From Selaginella moellendorffii (lineage: Eukaryota; Plantae; Lycopodiophyta): 64,000 nucleotides of DNA. Shown here piece after piece: positions 37,223 through 48,256 of the stretch. Position 1 is the first letter of the stretch. Each line of letters opens with the position of its first letter. The position numbers and the translations under genes were made by a program. Below the pieces are notes generated by a model, which saw nothing but the letters and a program-made list of their open reading frames with translations, made no database searches and had not been told where the DNA came from. The stretch lies in the NCBI RefSeq assembly GCF_000143415.4, contig NW_003314272.1:163729-227728 (forward strand), in the 5' to 3' direction.

Positions 37223-38989
37223 ATGCCTGTTCCAGGATCGTTGGAGAGGTCTTTCAGTGTAGCGTACACAATCCACAAGGGGCGGCAGCGGCATCAGCGT
37301 GAATCCCGCAGGAAATCGTCCATCCAATGCCAGCTGAATCCCCAGCCAGAGCAGCAGAGATCTGTGAGTCCAATTCCTCTCAAAGAATGCTTAGATTTGA
37401 CGACAACAAGAAGGGCGGCGCTAGCTGCGCCACTCGTCGCGACGGCAGTGGCAACAGTCGCCAATCCAGCAAGAGCTTTGATCCAGACGGGCCAGGAGAG
37501 GGATTCGACGAGGCAATCCCAGAATGCGATCGACAGGTTGCAAAGTAGGGTTTCTACATTCCAGCTCGGGAATGGGATGAAATGGATCGTCCTGGAGCGT
37601 CACAATGCTCCAATTGTCGCTTGCCACACCTATGCCGACGTTGGAGCGGCGGATGAATCCACTGGAATGACTGGGATTGCTCATCTTCTCGAGCATCTAG
37701 CATTCAAGGGGACGAGGCTGATTGGAAGCCGAGGTTTCGAGCGTGAATCGGAAGCACTGGATCAGCTGGACGAGATCTTTTACGCTCTCAGGGATGCCAA
37801 GGTGGCCAAAAATTCCAAGCTCGTGGCGAAGCTGGTGGAAGAATTTGCAAGAGCTCAAGAACAAGCAGCAAAGTTCTCTGCCGCCAGCCAGTATGGGTCT
37901 TTGATCGAGAGGCAAGGCGGAGTGGGCCTCAACGCTCAGACCTCGCAGGACTCCACCGAGTATTTCGTTTCGCTGCCAGCCAACAAGCTGGAGCTCTGGA
38001 TGGCGCTCGAGAGTGGACGATTCATGGCGCCGGTTTTCAGAGATTTGTACGCCGAGAAGGAAGTGGTGAAGGAAGAGAGGCGCCTGAGAGTGGAGAATTC
38101 TCCGTATGGTCGCTTCACCGAGGCATTCACCGAGGCCGCATTCCCAGGCCAAGCTTACGGCCGGCCCATCATCGGCTACCCGAGTGACTTTGAGAAGATC
38201 GGCCGCAGAGAAGTGACCGACTTCTTCACCAAAAACTACACTCCTTGCAAGCTCACTTGTGCCGTGGTTGGCGACGTGAATCCAGTCGAGGTTGAGAAGC
38301 TAGCCACTCGCTACTTCGGCAGCTGGAAAACTCCTTGCGCATCGCCAACGTCCTCGTCACCGAGAAGTTATTCCGAGCTCTGGAGGACCCAAGATGGTTG
38401 GGACGATTTTGCTGCTTCCAAGCCTCCTCCGGGAGAGATCTTGAGGATGTCTTCACCGGCACAGCCTCTCTACATGGAAGGCTACTACAGGCCAGCTTCG
38501 TGGTCTTCGGATGATCCAGTTCTCTCGGTGATCAGCGACGTCCTCGCCGGCGGCCGAGTCTCCAGGCTCTACAAACGGCTCATTGCTCCCAGCAGGGTCC
38601 TCTCGGCGGAGTGCCTCTCGAGCTTTCCAGGCGACAAGTTCCCGTGCTTGATGATGCTCTATGCTTCTCCAACGCCCGGATCGAGCAGCACCGAGAAGCT
38701 AGCCGGCCTCGTTCACGACCAGCTCCAGGACCTGGTTCGCCAAGGGGTCGAGGAGGGCGAGCTGGTTCCAATCCGGAAGTCGACGCGAGCGAGCTTGCTG
38801 GAAGCGCTGGGAAGCAATTCCTCCATGGCGAGGATTCTCAGCACTTACGAAGCTACAGCGGGGTCTTGGAACCGTGTTCTTGAGGAAACTCGAGAGATCG
38901 AGTCGGTCACCAGGGACGACGTTGTCCGAGTCGCGAGCAAGCTCTTCACTCCCTCGAATCGTATTGCTGGAAGCACACGGCCTGTTTAG
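37223..38989 (+). CDS. M16B (insulinase-family) zinc metallopeptidase, bacterial/cyanobacterial type, with bipartite plastid plus twin-arginine signal; intronless
   Basis: HLLEH (HxxEH), GLNAQTS, EKEVVKEERR, YGRPIIG; N-terminal TRRAALAAPLVATAVATVANPARA. Confidence 0.9.
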   Translation: MPVPGSLERSFSVAYTIHKGRQRHQRESRRKSSIQCQLNPQPEQQRSVSPIPLKECLDLTTTRRAALAAPLVATAVATVANPARALIQTGQERDSTRQSQNAIDRLQSRVSTFQLGNGMKWIVLERHNAPIVACHTYADVGAADESTGMTGIAHLLEHLAFKGTRLIGSRGFERESEALDQLDEIFYALRDAKVAKNSKLVAKLVEEFARAQEQAAKFSAASQYGSLIERQGGVGLNAQTSQDSTEYFVSLPANKLELWMALESGRFMAPVFRDLYAEKEVVKEERRLRVENSPYGRFTEAFTEAAFPGQAYGRPIIGYPSDFEKIGRREVTDFFTKNYTPCKLTCAVVGDVNPVEVEKLATRYFGSWKTPCASPTSSSPRSYSELWRTQDGWDDFAASKPPPGEILRMSSPAQPLYMEGYYRPASWSSDDPVLSVISDVLAGGRVSRLYKRLIAPSRVLSAECLSSFPGDKFPCLMMLYASPTPGSSSTEKLAGLVHDQLQDLVRQGVEEGELVPIRKSTRASLLEALGSNSSMARILSTYEATAGSWNRVLEETREIESVTRDDVVRVASKLFTPSNRIAGSTRPV

Positions 38990-39045
38990 TGAAAGAATTT
39001 AGTGCTAAACCTTTAAGCCCTTGGAAATTTAGGGTTCTTCCGCCG

Positions 39046-41346
39046 ATGGGCGAGGGAAAGAGACGACGCAAGCCGCGACAGCGGCAGCCGCAGCTCGCCG
39101 GTGATCCTGTCGGCCATGCTCTTGGACCGATGCCATCGCGGTAAGGAGAGAACGCTGAAATCCCGGCTGAAACATTTTTCTCTTAGAGGCCAGATCGATG
39201 CCGAGACGCAGAAATATTTCTCCGAGGTCTTGGCGCTGCTGGAAACGATTGCCGATGACAAGGAGAGGGAGGCATTGTGCGCCAGCGCTCTGGAAGAGGC
39301 CCGCGGCAAGGAATTGCGGCTCGCCTCGCATCCTTCTTGCGGTAGAGCGCTTGAGAAGCTCATCCAGTCCTTCGATGCTGCTCGGTTGCTATCGTTTCTC
39401 GGGCAGTGCACGGCAGATTTCGCGAGCATGGCAATGGATCCCTCGGCTTCTCACGTTGCTGAGATGATGCTTGGGAGCTTGTCCGAGATTTTGCAGCAAA
39501 ATGGTGGAGATGCGGGACTGATTTCCTCGATCGAGAGTGCGGTGGCCAGGATCTCCGAGGTACTTCCATGCGTTATTGTGTTCTTTCTACATCGTTCTCA
39601 TTATAGGTACTGCAAGGAAGTGCTCTTGAGGTTATGGGAAACAAATATGGCTCGCATGTCTTGCGAAAGTTCACTCTTCTTGCAGCCGGATTAGTGGAAA
39701 CAGAGGGAAAAGATGGCTTGTCGAGGAAACTAGGACGAATGGATTCCATGGCGAAAACATGCGAATGCATCCATGCAGGCTTCCCGAGAATTCTCAAGCA
39801 ACTTACCAGTGAGATTCTAGTAGCATGCAAAAGCTCAATGTCTGAGAGAAGAATGGACCAATTTTCGAGTCTCGTATTTCAGGTGAGAACAACTTTGCAT
39901 ATTATTTTTTTGAGCTCTGTTATAAGCTATGTTATGCAGACCATTCTCAAGGCGCTCCATGGAACTGGAAGTGATACGTCTTCAGCCATAGCAACACTCT
40001 TAGGTTTTGATCAAACAGAAATGATTTCGCCTAAAGTGTTGGAACGCATTTTGGAGTTGATGGAGAATCAAAACGGTAGTCATTTGATGGAGGTAAATTT
40101 GTCAGAGTTTAAAGAAGCATCAGACTTTATTGTTTTGTTGTCCAGATAAAAACTTTAACTATTTAAGTGTGTGCTGTTATGCAGGTCATACTACAGGTGG
40201 CATCTAACGAGGTGTACGCAAAATTGCTTGAAGAAATCTTCAAAGGAAATTTGAAGCGGCTAGCAACGCACCAATTTTCGAATTTTGCTCTACAAACGTT
40301 GATTGCCTTTGCACGCCAAGAAGATCAGGTGCATAAGTTTTACTTGTGTTATCTTTTATTGAAACTATAATTTTGTTGCAGGTGAGCCTCTTCTTGGACG
40401 AGTTAGGAAAGGATTTTACCGAGTTAATAAAGAAGAAAAGGGCTGGTGTCATTGTGAGCTTGCTGGGAGTATGTAGCCGTATGAGTACCAGCCAGCATGA
40501 GGCACGTAAACACACTTATGAAACTTTCTAACATTTTTGGCTTTAAATTTGTAGATAAGCCGATTGGTTGCTACTGTCATCTGTCCGAAATGTGCCTCTC
40601 GTGATACTCTTGTCCTGCGCTTGCTTCACTTAGAAGGACACGACTCGGATGGGAAGTCAGGAAGGAAAATGTCCATTCTGGGATGCGTAATGCTACAGAT
40701 TTTGTTCACTTTTTCTCAGGTTTAATGATGTTTATATGTGCATATCCTTAACCATGTATAGTTCTTTGTGTAGGACTGCAGTCAGCAATACTACAAAAGC
40801 TTCTCAGTACTTGAAATGACACAGATTCTGGAAGCCATAAAAGATAAAGCTGGATGCCACGTTGTGGAAGCGTTTCTCAAATCTCCTGCATCGCCAAAAC
40901 AAAAGCACGCTGTGATAGAGAGGTACGGTAATTCTCTAAAAAAAATCGGAACTAATTCTATGTTACATAGATTGAAAGATCATTTTGCAGTGCTGGCCAC
41001 GGATACAAAGGCTCACTACATCGTAACAAAGTGCTTCGAGGCAGCAAATCTCAAGCTCAAAGAATCCATTGTAATGGAGCTGATTGGCGTGCAAAATGAT
41101 CTCTCAAAGTCCAGGCACGGTCCCTATATTCTGGGCAGGTTAAACGTTGCGAAGTAAGTTGCCCAATATAGACTCTAGATAGTTTCATCTTTTGCCTTTC
41201 CGTGTAGATATGAGAAGGCTCCAGACAAATGGAGACAATCTCAGCAAACGAGCCATGCTCACAAGGAAGACTACGAAAAGCTCTTCAAACGCGAGCAACC
41301 TGAGCATCATGGTGCCCCGAGAAGAAAGAAGCAGAAGTATCAGTGA
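39046..41346 (+). CDS. APUM23: Nucleolar Pumilio-repeat protein NOP9/APUM23-like, multi-exon
   Basis: DAETQKYFSEV, ALEEARGKEL, ASHVAE, YGSHVLR, GSHLME, SNFALQ, GCHVVEAFL. Confidence 0.85.
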
Positions 41347-41540
41347 AAGGAATTAGAAATCTAGTGTTTTTATGGGGACAATGTAAAATCAAGAGCTCGC
41401 GATCTTTTGGAAAGCGTGGGCCAAGAACAGTGGTGGAGTTGGAAGGATCTTCAAGCCGTGGGGCTTCTCTTTTCTTTTATTTTGATCATTCTCTAAATAC
41501 GTGAAGTTACATGTGATCAATTTTTTGAATATTGTAGCTG

Positions 41541-41725
41541 CAGTCTACTGTCACCTTTAGAGTTTTGTAGTACAATTATACAGTTACGGTCACCTTTACA
41601 ATTTGTAGTTTGTTCAGTTTTGCTCAGTACAATTATAGTTACGGTCACCTTTACAATTTTGTAGTTTTGTTCAATTGCCAGTCTATACGGTTCTTTACAA
41701 TTTTGTAACTTTTTTCAGTACAATT
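41541..41725. repeat. Imperfect tandem repeats of a ~55-bp AT-rich unit
   Basis: (T)ACGGTCACCTTTACAATTTTGTAG recurs 3-4 times; a related copy lies near 42206. Confidence 0.7.
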
Positions 41726-41771
41726 ACACCTGTGACCGTGAGCGAGACATTTGAACAAAAGCTTCTACTTT

Positions 41772-42030
41772 GCTACTCTTGGATATAAACGTCCCCAAGT
41801 TTCCATAACCATGCTCAGCACAAGTTCTTTCTCCATCCATCGAGAGTCGCAGCAGCAGTCCCACTTCATAAGATGGCCTTCGACGAACTTCGACGTGGTT
41901 ACTATGCATTGCGGAAAGCAATAGCACCACCACCACCGCTCAAATTGTGGAACGGGAACTGGCCTCACAAATCGGACCTCCTGGGTGACGAGGAAGGGAA
42001 CAGTGGATTCCTCCTCACCATGGGATCCAC
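41772..42030 (+). pseudogene. Internally deleted remnant copy of the promoter and 5' part of the adjacent decarboxylase gene
   Basis: Collinear matching blocks: 41772~42306 (TATA region), 41849~42619, 41946-42030~42854-42944. Confidence 0.8.
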
Positions 42031-42317
42031 TATAACATGACGATCTTTTGCAACATAATAGATTGCATTTTCTGTGCAAGGCTATTTTTCAATGCAAATT
42101 TTGTAGTAATCCTTGCAACATCAAATACATTTGCAAAACCTCTTCATGCACATAATATAGTGTTGTAAGTTGCATATAATCTATAAAAATACCAATCTGA
42201 ATATATACAGTGACACCTTACGATTTTGTATTCTTCCATCGCTTGCATCAAAGAGGTCCCAATCCTGTACTCATCTGATTCCCTTCAAGATAGAAATTTT
42301 GTTACGCTACTCTTGCA

Positions 42318-42323
42318 TATAAA
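42318..42323 (+). promoter_or_regulatory. Probable TATA box of the decarboxylase gene
   Basis: TATAAA about 90 bp upstream of ATG 42409, also conserved in the upstream remnant copy. Confidence 0.5.
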
Positions 42324-42408
42324 GCGTTTCCACAACCAGTATTGAGCACACACTAGTCTTTCTTCTCTCTTAGCATCGGGTTCTTGATCAATCCATCCAT
42401 CCATCAAT

Positions 42409-44349
42409 ATGGCGAGCTCCATGAGTGATCTAGTTCCCGCGCAGCGCGTTTCCTCTCCCACCACTAACGATTATGTCTATCCTGCACTTCCCAAAGCTCT
42501 CGAGGGTGTCAACTTCGATCTTACGTCGAGCTTGAAGGACAACAAGCTCCAAAAGCCTCCGCCCGACCATCTGCAAGCCCGCAAGGAGGCCCTTAACAAG
42601 TCGCTCGACTATCTCAAGCAGCAGCAGTCCCATTTCATGGGCTTCCAGGCCAACCAGAAGATGAGCTTCGACGAACTGAATGACTTCCTCAACGTGCACG
42701 TAAGTAGATAGATCATGGTCATTGTTATCAAATGTTTTTTGTGTGTGTTACTTCGATCCCAGCTGAACAACATTGGGGACCCATTTGTCGAGGGCAATTG
42801 CACCACCAACACCAAGTTCATGGAGCGCGCCGTGCTCGACTACTACGCATCGCTGTGGAACGCGAACTGGCCTCATAAGTCTTCCCTCCTGGGTGATGAG
42901 GAAGGTAACAGCTACTGGGGATTCCTCCTCACCATGGGATCCACCGAAGGCAACATGTACGCTCTGTGGAATGCCCGGGACTACCTCGGTGGCAAAATCC
43001 TCCTCATGGAATCCGGCGGAGACACAAAGAAGGCGGCGGCTCCGCGGCTTGTCTATCGCCAAGCAGCCGTGCCTCCAAATGCCAAGCCCGTCCCGAGCCA
43101 GGCAAGGAGCGCAGCTCCATTCCCAGAATGCTGCGACGAGTTTTGTGAGAACTACTTCTCGCCGGTTGCGTTCTATTCGGAGGACACGCACTACTCGTTC
43201 ACAAAGGCGACCCGGCTCATCGGCATCCCCACTTTCGGAGTGGTGGGCGAGGAGAAGTACCCCGGGATGTGCCCGATCACCGAAGACGGGAAGTGGCCGG
43301 ACGAGGTCCCCTCGCACGAGGAGGGCCCCGAGGATGGAACCATCCGCACCGAGTCTCTCGCGGAGCTAGTGCTCTTCTTTGCACGGAGGGGCCACCCCAT
43401 CTTCGTCAACCTCAACTACGGCACCACTTTCAAGGGCGCCTATGATAGCGTCGTCAAAGCCATGGCCGCGCTCATGCCCATCTTCCAGTTCTACGGCCAC
43501 GACAAGCGGGTCATCGACGCCGGCGGGGAGGAGAGTGTACGGACGGGATTTTGGATCCACGTCGATGGCGCACTCGGTGCTGCTTACATTCCGTATCTGA
43601 AGATGGCCGCGGAAGAGGGCTGCAAGTTTGAGGATGGTGGCGCTGTGGAAGTCGCTCCCGAGTTTGATTTCAGCCTGGAAGCCGTGCATTCCATCGCAAT
43701 GAGCGGGCACAAGTGGATGGGTGCGCCCATTCCATGCGGACTTTTCATGTCCAAGAGAAGGTGAATGTTCTTACGCCACCTGATGAAAAACGTTGACGAA
43801 AGTTGTGGCTCTTCCAGGTACCAAATCAACCCACCGAGCAATCCGATCTACACTGGCACTCCAGACACCACCTTTGCCGGCTCCAGGAATGGCCTTTCGG
43901 CGGTCTTCTTCTGGAGCTACATCTCCAAGCATACACTCAAGCAGCAGATTGACAAGGCCGTGCGTTGCCAGGGAATGGCACGGTTCATCTACAACACCAT
44001 GACGGAGCTGGGCAAGAAACTCAACCTCGATCTCTGGGTTGCACGATCTCCACTCTCGCTCACCGTTCGTTTCCGGCAACTCAACGATGACCTGGTGTTC
44101 AAGTACAGCCTCTCCAACGAGACGCTAGTTGTCAATGATGTGCAACGCCTAATTTCACACGTCTTTGCGATGGAGCATGTCACCAAGGAACTGGTGCTCA
44201 TGCTAGCGGAGGACGTGATGAAGCTCGGGCCCAAAGCTTTCAAGGACTTGTCGGATGGAACTGCAGGTGCAAGCGATGGACTTACAACGATGGATGCTCC
44301 TCTTGTTTCATGCGTGCCATTCCAGGGTCGTGGTTTCAGCGGCAACTAA
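42409..44349 (+). CDS. Group II PLP-dependent amino-acid decarboxylase, histidine/serine-decarboxylase-like; 3 exons
   Basis: FMGFQANQ, NNIGDPF, GSTEGN, THYS, GTTFKGAYD, IHVDGALG, SGHK (PLP lysine), GSRNG; introns 42700-42762 and 43761-43817. Confidence 0.9.
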
Positions 44350-44699
44350 AGAACTTGTGATCAAGTAATTTTTATACTAAGCATAAACTATTTATGTTGT
44401 TGGGGCGATTATCATGCGAGATGACGTCCATCTCCGGCAAGAGTTTCTTTGGCAACTTAGTGGTTGATTTTATGAGATTGCTAGAAATTGCCTAGTGGAA
44501 TGCTGGGCGGTTAAGAAAGCTAGGCTTGGATTTTAATCTCCCGCTGCTGAACACCCTCACTCTGTTGCTTAGTAACCAGCTCCCACCTCAAGCGCTATCT
44601 TTCCTTGGCCGATGTCCTGTTGCTTAGCCTTGTAGTCCCACACTCTTGCGGCTCCTATTAATTGGCTGTGATTAGCCAATTCCGTATATAAGCAATTAG

Positions 44700-46527
44700 T
44701 AAATGTTCCTTTGTATGCTTTAAATATTCCATAAGGAAATTCATCAACTCGCTAATAGTCCATTACCGTTGAAAATGGTGGATCACTTCAAATAAACGCT
44801 TTACGGATTTATAATCTTGAAGAAGGTGGAAACATTTTGAATATACTTGAATTTGGGCACCTATGTGTAATTTGTTCTATTGTCTCCACATGTTTATAAC
44901 ACAATTGACAAAGTCACTTCTTCCAAAATAGGGGGTCAGGACCATTCCATATAGAGTGTAGACCATGTCCACTAGTACAGTAGGCAAGTAATATATTTGT
45001 TTTAGTCCTGAGGGCCAATACTAATTTTGCATGTGAGATTTATTGTAAATAAATTGATTAAGTCTTTTTAGCCATGTTTTGAAGGTTTGTTCTATCCATG
45101 TTGTCCGGATATATATTATGTTTGTAGAGAGGAGGTCCATCTTTAGTGATGCTAACTTGACTAAACTGCTCGGTCCAATTTTTACAAAAAAATTATAAGA
45201 GAGCACAGCAATAATTTTTTGAACTACATTCTTGATTAATCCACTTATAATTATGCCTAAGAAAGCCAGTTAATGAAGTCAGAGATGACATACTTTGCAA
45301 GTTTATCAGAGATGCATGAGTCATACTGCATAATGTTTTTCCAGACTTAAATTGTATTGGCAAGATATTCATTCATTCATTCATATACTGTTTACAAGGT
45401 TTTGCAGCGCCCCCCAAGAAGCATGAGACTGATGGGATATTAATTCCATGTGTAAATTGCCTCAGGCCACTTTTGGGCATCCAAGTTCCAAAAGATGAAA
45501 ATTCTCTCCAAAGGGCATTGATTAGACTTGGTCCCTTGATGTGAGTAAATTTCACTAAAGGGGGAATGGATTTAGCACACAGAAATATAAGTACCTAGGA
45601 TACACCAGTGTTCAATGCTTCCTGTGGATTTCTTGAATAGAGGAGCACATCACATCAGCAGCAAGGGCTAGTGCACTCCTCCAATCAAATTGCCATAAAG
45701 CCAACATACACAGGTGGGGTGTCAAACACACCTATTACATGAAAAAGGTAATGACAGCAGTCTTGTATGGAGTAGAGAGTTGGGGTCCAGGGCTAGAACA
45801 AGCTCGAGGCAATCAATAAGTGTTTCATCTCAACAAAATTCATACTCCCAATGGAGATTCTCACATGGAGATTCATCTCGATTTGCATATGCATCACATA
45901 CATGCAAAGTGCATATTTTTTTCACAGACAGAAACTTGCAGACATGGCAATTGCTAAATTGCAACATATAGCCCAAGCTCTTGGAAAAGGTTGGTGGCAC
46001 ACTCTTGAGGTATGGACAGCCACCCTCAGCTATGACCTCTCCACATTGATGACAGAATTGCTTGAACAATTGGAGTTTTGGACTTGGCAATCTCTCCAAC
46101 ATTGGTGTGATGCTTGGATGAAGGATAGTGTCCTTTTTTGGAATGTACATGAACACCATCAACCCAAGGTGCCAATTTGGTTTCACAATCTACAACAACT
46201 TCACCCCCACAAGTAGAGAATCTTGGCCAGTTATAGAACAGGGCATTATAGATGGATAATGAAACTTAGATGTAGTTTGAGACCACCACTACCACATGAT
46301 ATCCACCTCTACCCCATATGTTATGAAGAAGTTGAAGACATGGAGCATGTGGTTAACATGTGCTCAACCTATACTCCACTACGCCAACCATAGGTCCTCT
46401 AGGGGTGCAGATCTACATATAATTCTTGTAGGCAAACATTGGGCCAAGGACATTTGTGAATTTCTATGAGAAATAGAGATCAAAGTGCCTATCCTTAGTC
46501 ATTGATGCCATACTCACGATTACACAC
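44700..46527 (+). mobile_element. Highly degenerate LINE (non-LTR retrotransposon) RT/zinc-finger remnant; boundaries approximate
   Basis: Residual motifs in the expected order: DDIL (~45283), KYKYLGY (~45583), frameshifted KCIF.SQTETCRH...CNIAQAL (zf-RVT-like, ~45905-45985). Confidence 0.45.
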
Positions 46528-47436
46528 TGTCACGAATATGACTTCGGGTATTGAAAGATTGACTTCGGCCAATCCTTACGAGCACTCTTTCTTTACTACC
46601 ACAACGGCAGGAGGTATTACTGGTTCCCTTTATTAACCCCTTTTGTCCAAGTGTTAGTAAATTGGACTTAGCATCTATACTTGGTCAGATGAGCATAAGG
46701 AAGGAATTCCTAAGTGTCTATTTAGCCAAGCATACTTGGCCTAGCTTAGTTCTCTTTTGTTCTATCTTGCACTGGCTTGGCAAAGCCCTTGTGTATTAAG
46801 ACTAGTCCCTCAATATTGCTAGATAATAGTTTACCGTGTTTGCCAAACACCCTTGCTATTATGCCTTTTGTGTTAGTCTCATTTCAGTCCCAAATGCTAT
46901 TTATGGAAAGTGTCTAGATTTTCTCATTTGGCATATTTACAGAATGTAGAAGTCAGCCTGAACACAATAGTGTTCGTCCCATGTCCAAATTCGTAATCTA
47001 GGGACATTCCATATTTAGTATTTAGAAAGCTTGTCCCAAAGACTAACTCTTGGTACTAAGGGAAGCTTGAGGTGAAAGCCCAAAGCGTGTGTTCCTCAAG
47101 GGCGGGGGGCTATAAGGGGTTCCAAATATATAATAGGGATAGTGGTTGAAATGCATGTTCGACCACATGAGACATTAGTTTGACTTCCACTGGGTTGTGT
47201 CGCTCTTTGTTCTACGTTTGGCTTGGGTTTAAGCCCAAGCTCCATGCTACTCTAGTCAGTGGGGTACCCTCCTCCTCGCGTTAGGCCACCGGTATGCCAA
47301 AATTGTGCCAGACTCCGTCTGACACCATTTTGCGTGTAGGCGCTGGATACGGGGAGTTGGTGCTCGTGGGATTGTACTGGACTCGTTTCATAGTGTAATG
47401 GGTTTGGAGTTCGGCTCCAAATTCAAGTGTGCTACA
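46528..47436 (+). repeat. 5' LTR of the outer gypsy element (~909 bp)
   Basis: TG...CA termini directly before the iMet PBS; no partner LTR in the window, so the start is inferred. Confidence 0.7.
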
Positions 47437-48093
47437 TTTGGTATCAGAGGAATTATCTTAGCGATTCTTATCCAACTTTTATCGGATTTTTGACTCAAGT
47501 TGCATAGGCAGAGACTTTTCTAGTAGATTCGAAGCGATCTGTGTAGGATTAGTTGGATTGCACCATTCGCTAGCGGGATGGTGAAAAAGAACCGTGCTGA
47601 TGACGTTGAAACCTTTAGACGGGTGAATCAAGAAAAGGAAACTCTTGCTCGAGATGTTGTGGAAGAGGTTGAGGCTGAGTTAGAAGAGGAAGAGCCATAT
47701 GCTATGGCACTGCAGCGTATGGCTCAGGAAGTCGAGATCTAGAATTTGCGAAGGGAGATTCGCAAATTGAAGAAGGAGAACAAGAAGAGGAAGCAAGAAG
47801 CTAAGGCAGTTAAACTAGCTAAACTTAAGCAACCAGATTCCTCTTCAAGTTCTAAGGACGATGAAGTTTTGCAACTGCCCCTGGTTGTACGAGTTTCAAA
47901 GTTCAAGCCTCTGAAACCACCCAATTTCATAGGCATGCTAGACTATCAGGTTTTGGAAGACTGGGTCTACGATATGGAAAACTATTTCATAGCGGCAGAC
48001 ATAGATGATCATATGAAAGTTGCATGAGCGCAATCCTTTCTCACCAACCATGCCAAAACTTTGTGGCGCCAGGTGTGTGCTGAAAAAGGGTAG

Positions 48094-48256
48094 TGTAAGC
48101 AACCAAAGGGAACAACTTGAGAGACGATCCATAGGGTTCAAATATAGAGGGAAAGGGCCCATGAATAAGAGTGCACCCTCTTTTCTAATCAGTTAAGGGT
48201 CTTGGGATATTTGGGGTTAAGCGTCCTTGGGTTTGAATAGTACTGGGCTAGGTGAC
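48094..48256 (+). mobile_element. Truncated LTR-like fragment inserted in the outer gag; continues ~55811-55870 after the inner element
   Basis: Begins TGTAAGCAACCAA (inner LTR begins TGTAAGGAACCAA) exactly where outer gag similarity stops. Confidence 0.5.

Noticed and set aside
40742-40752. ATATCCTTAAC, matching U12 donor and branch consensus, inside an APUM23 intron
   Set aside because: The intron has ordinary U2 GT-AG ends and the motif is not positioned as a U12 splice site
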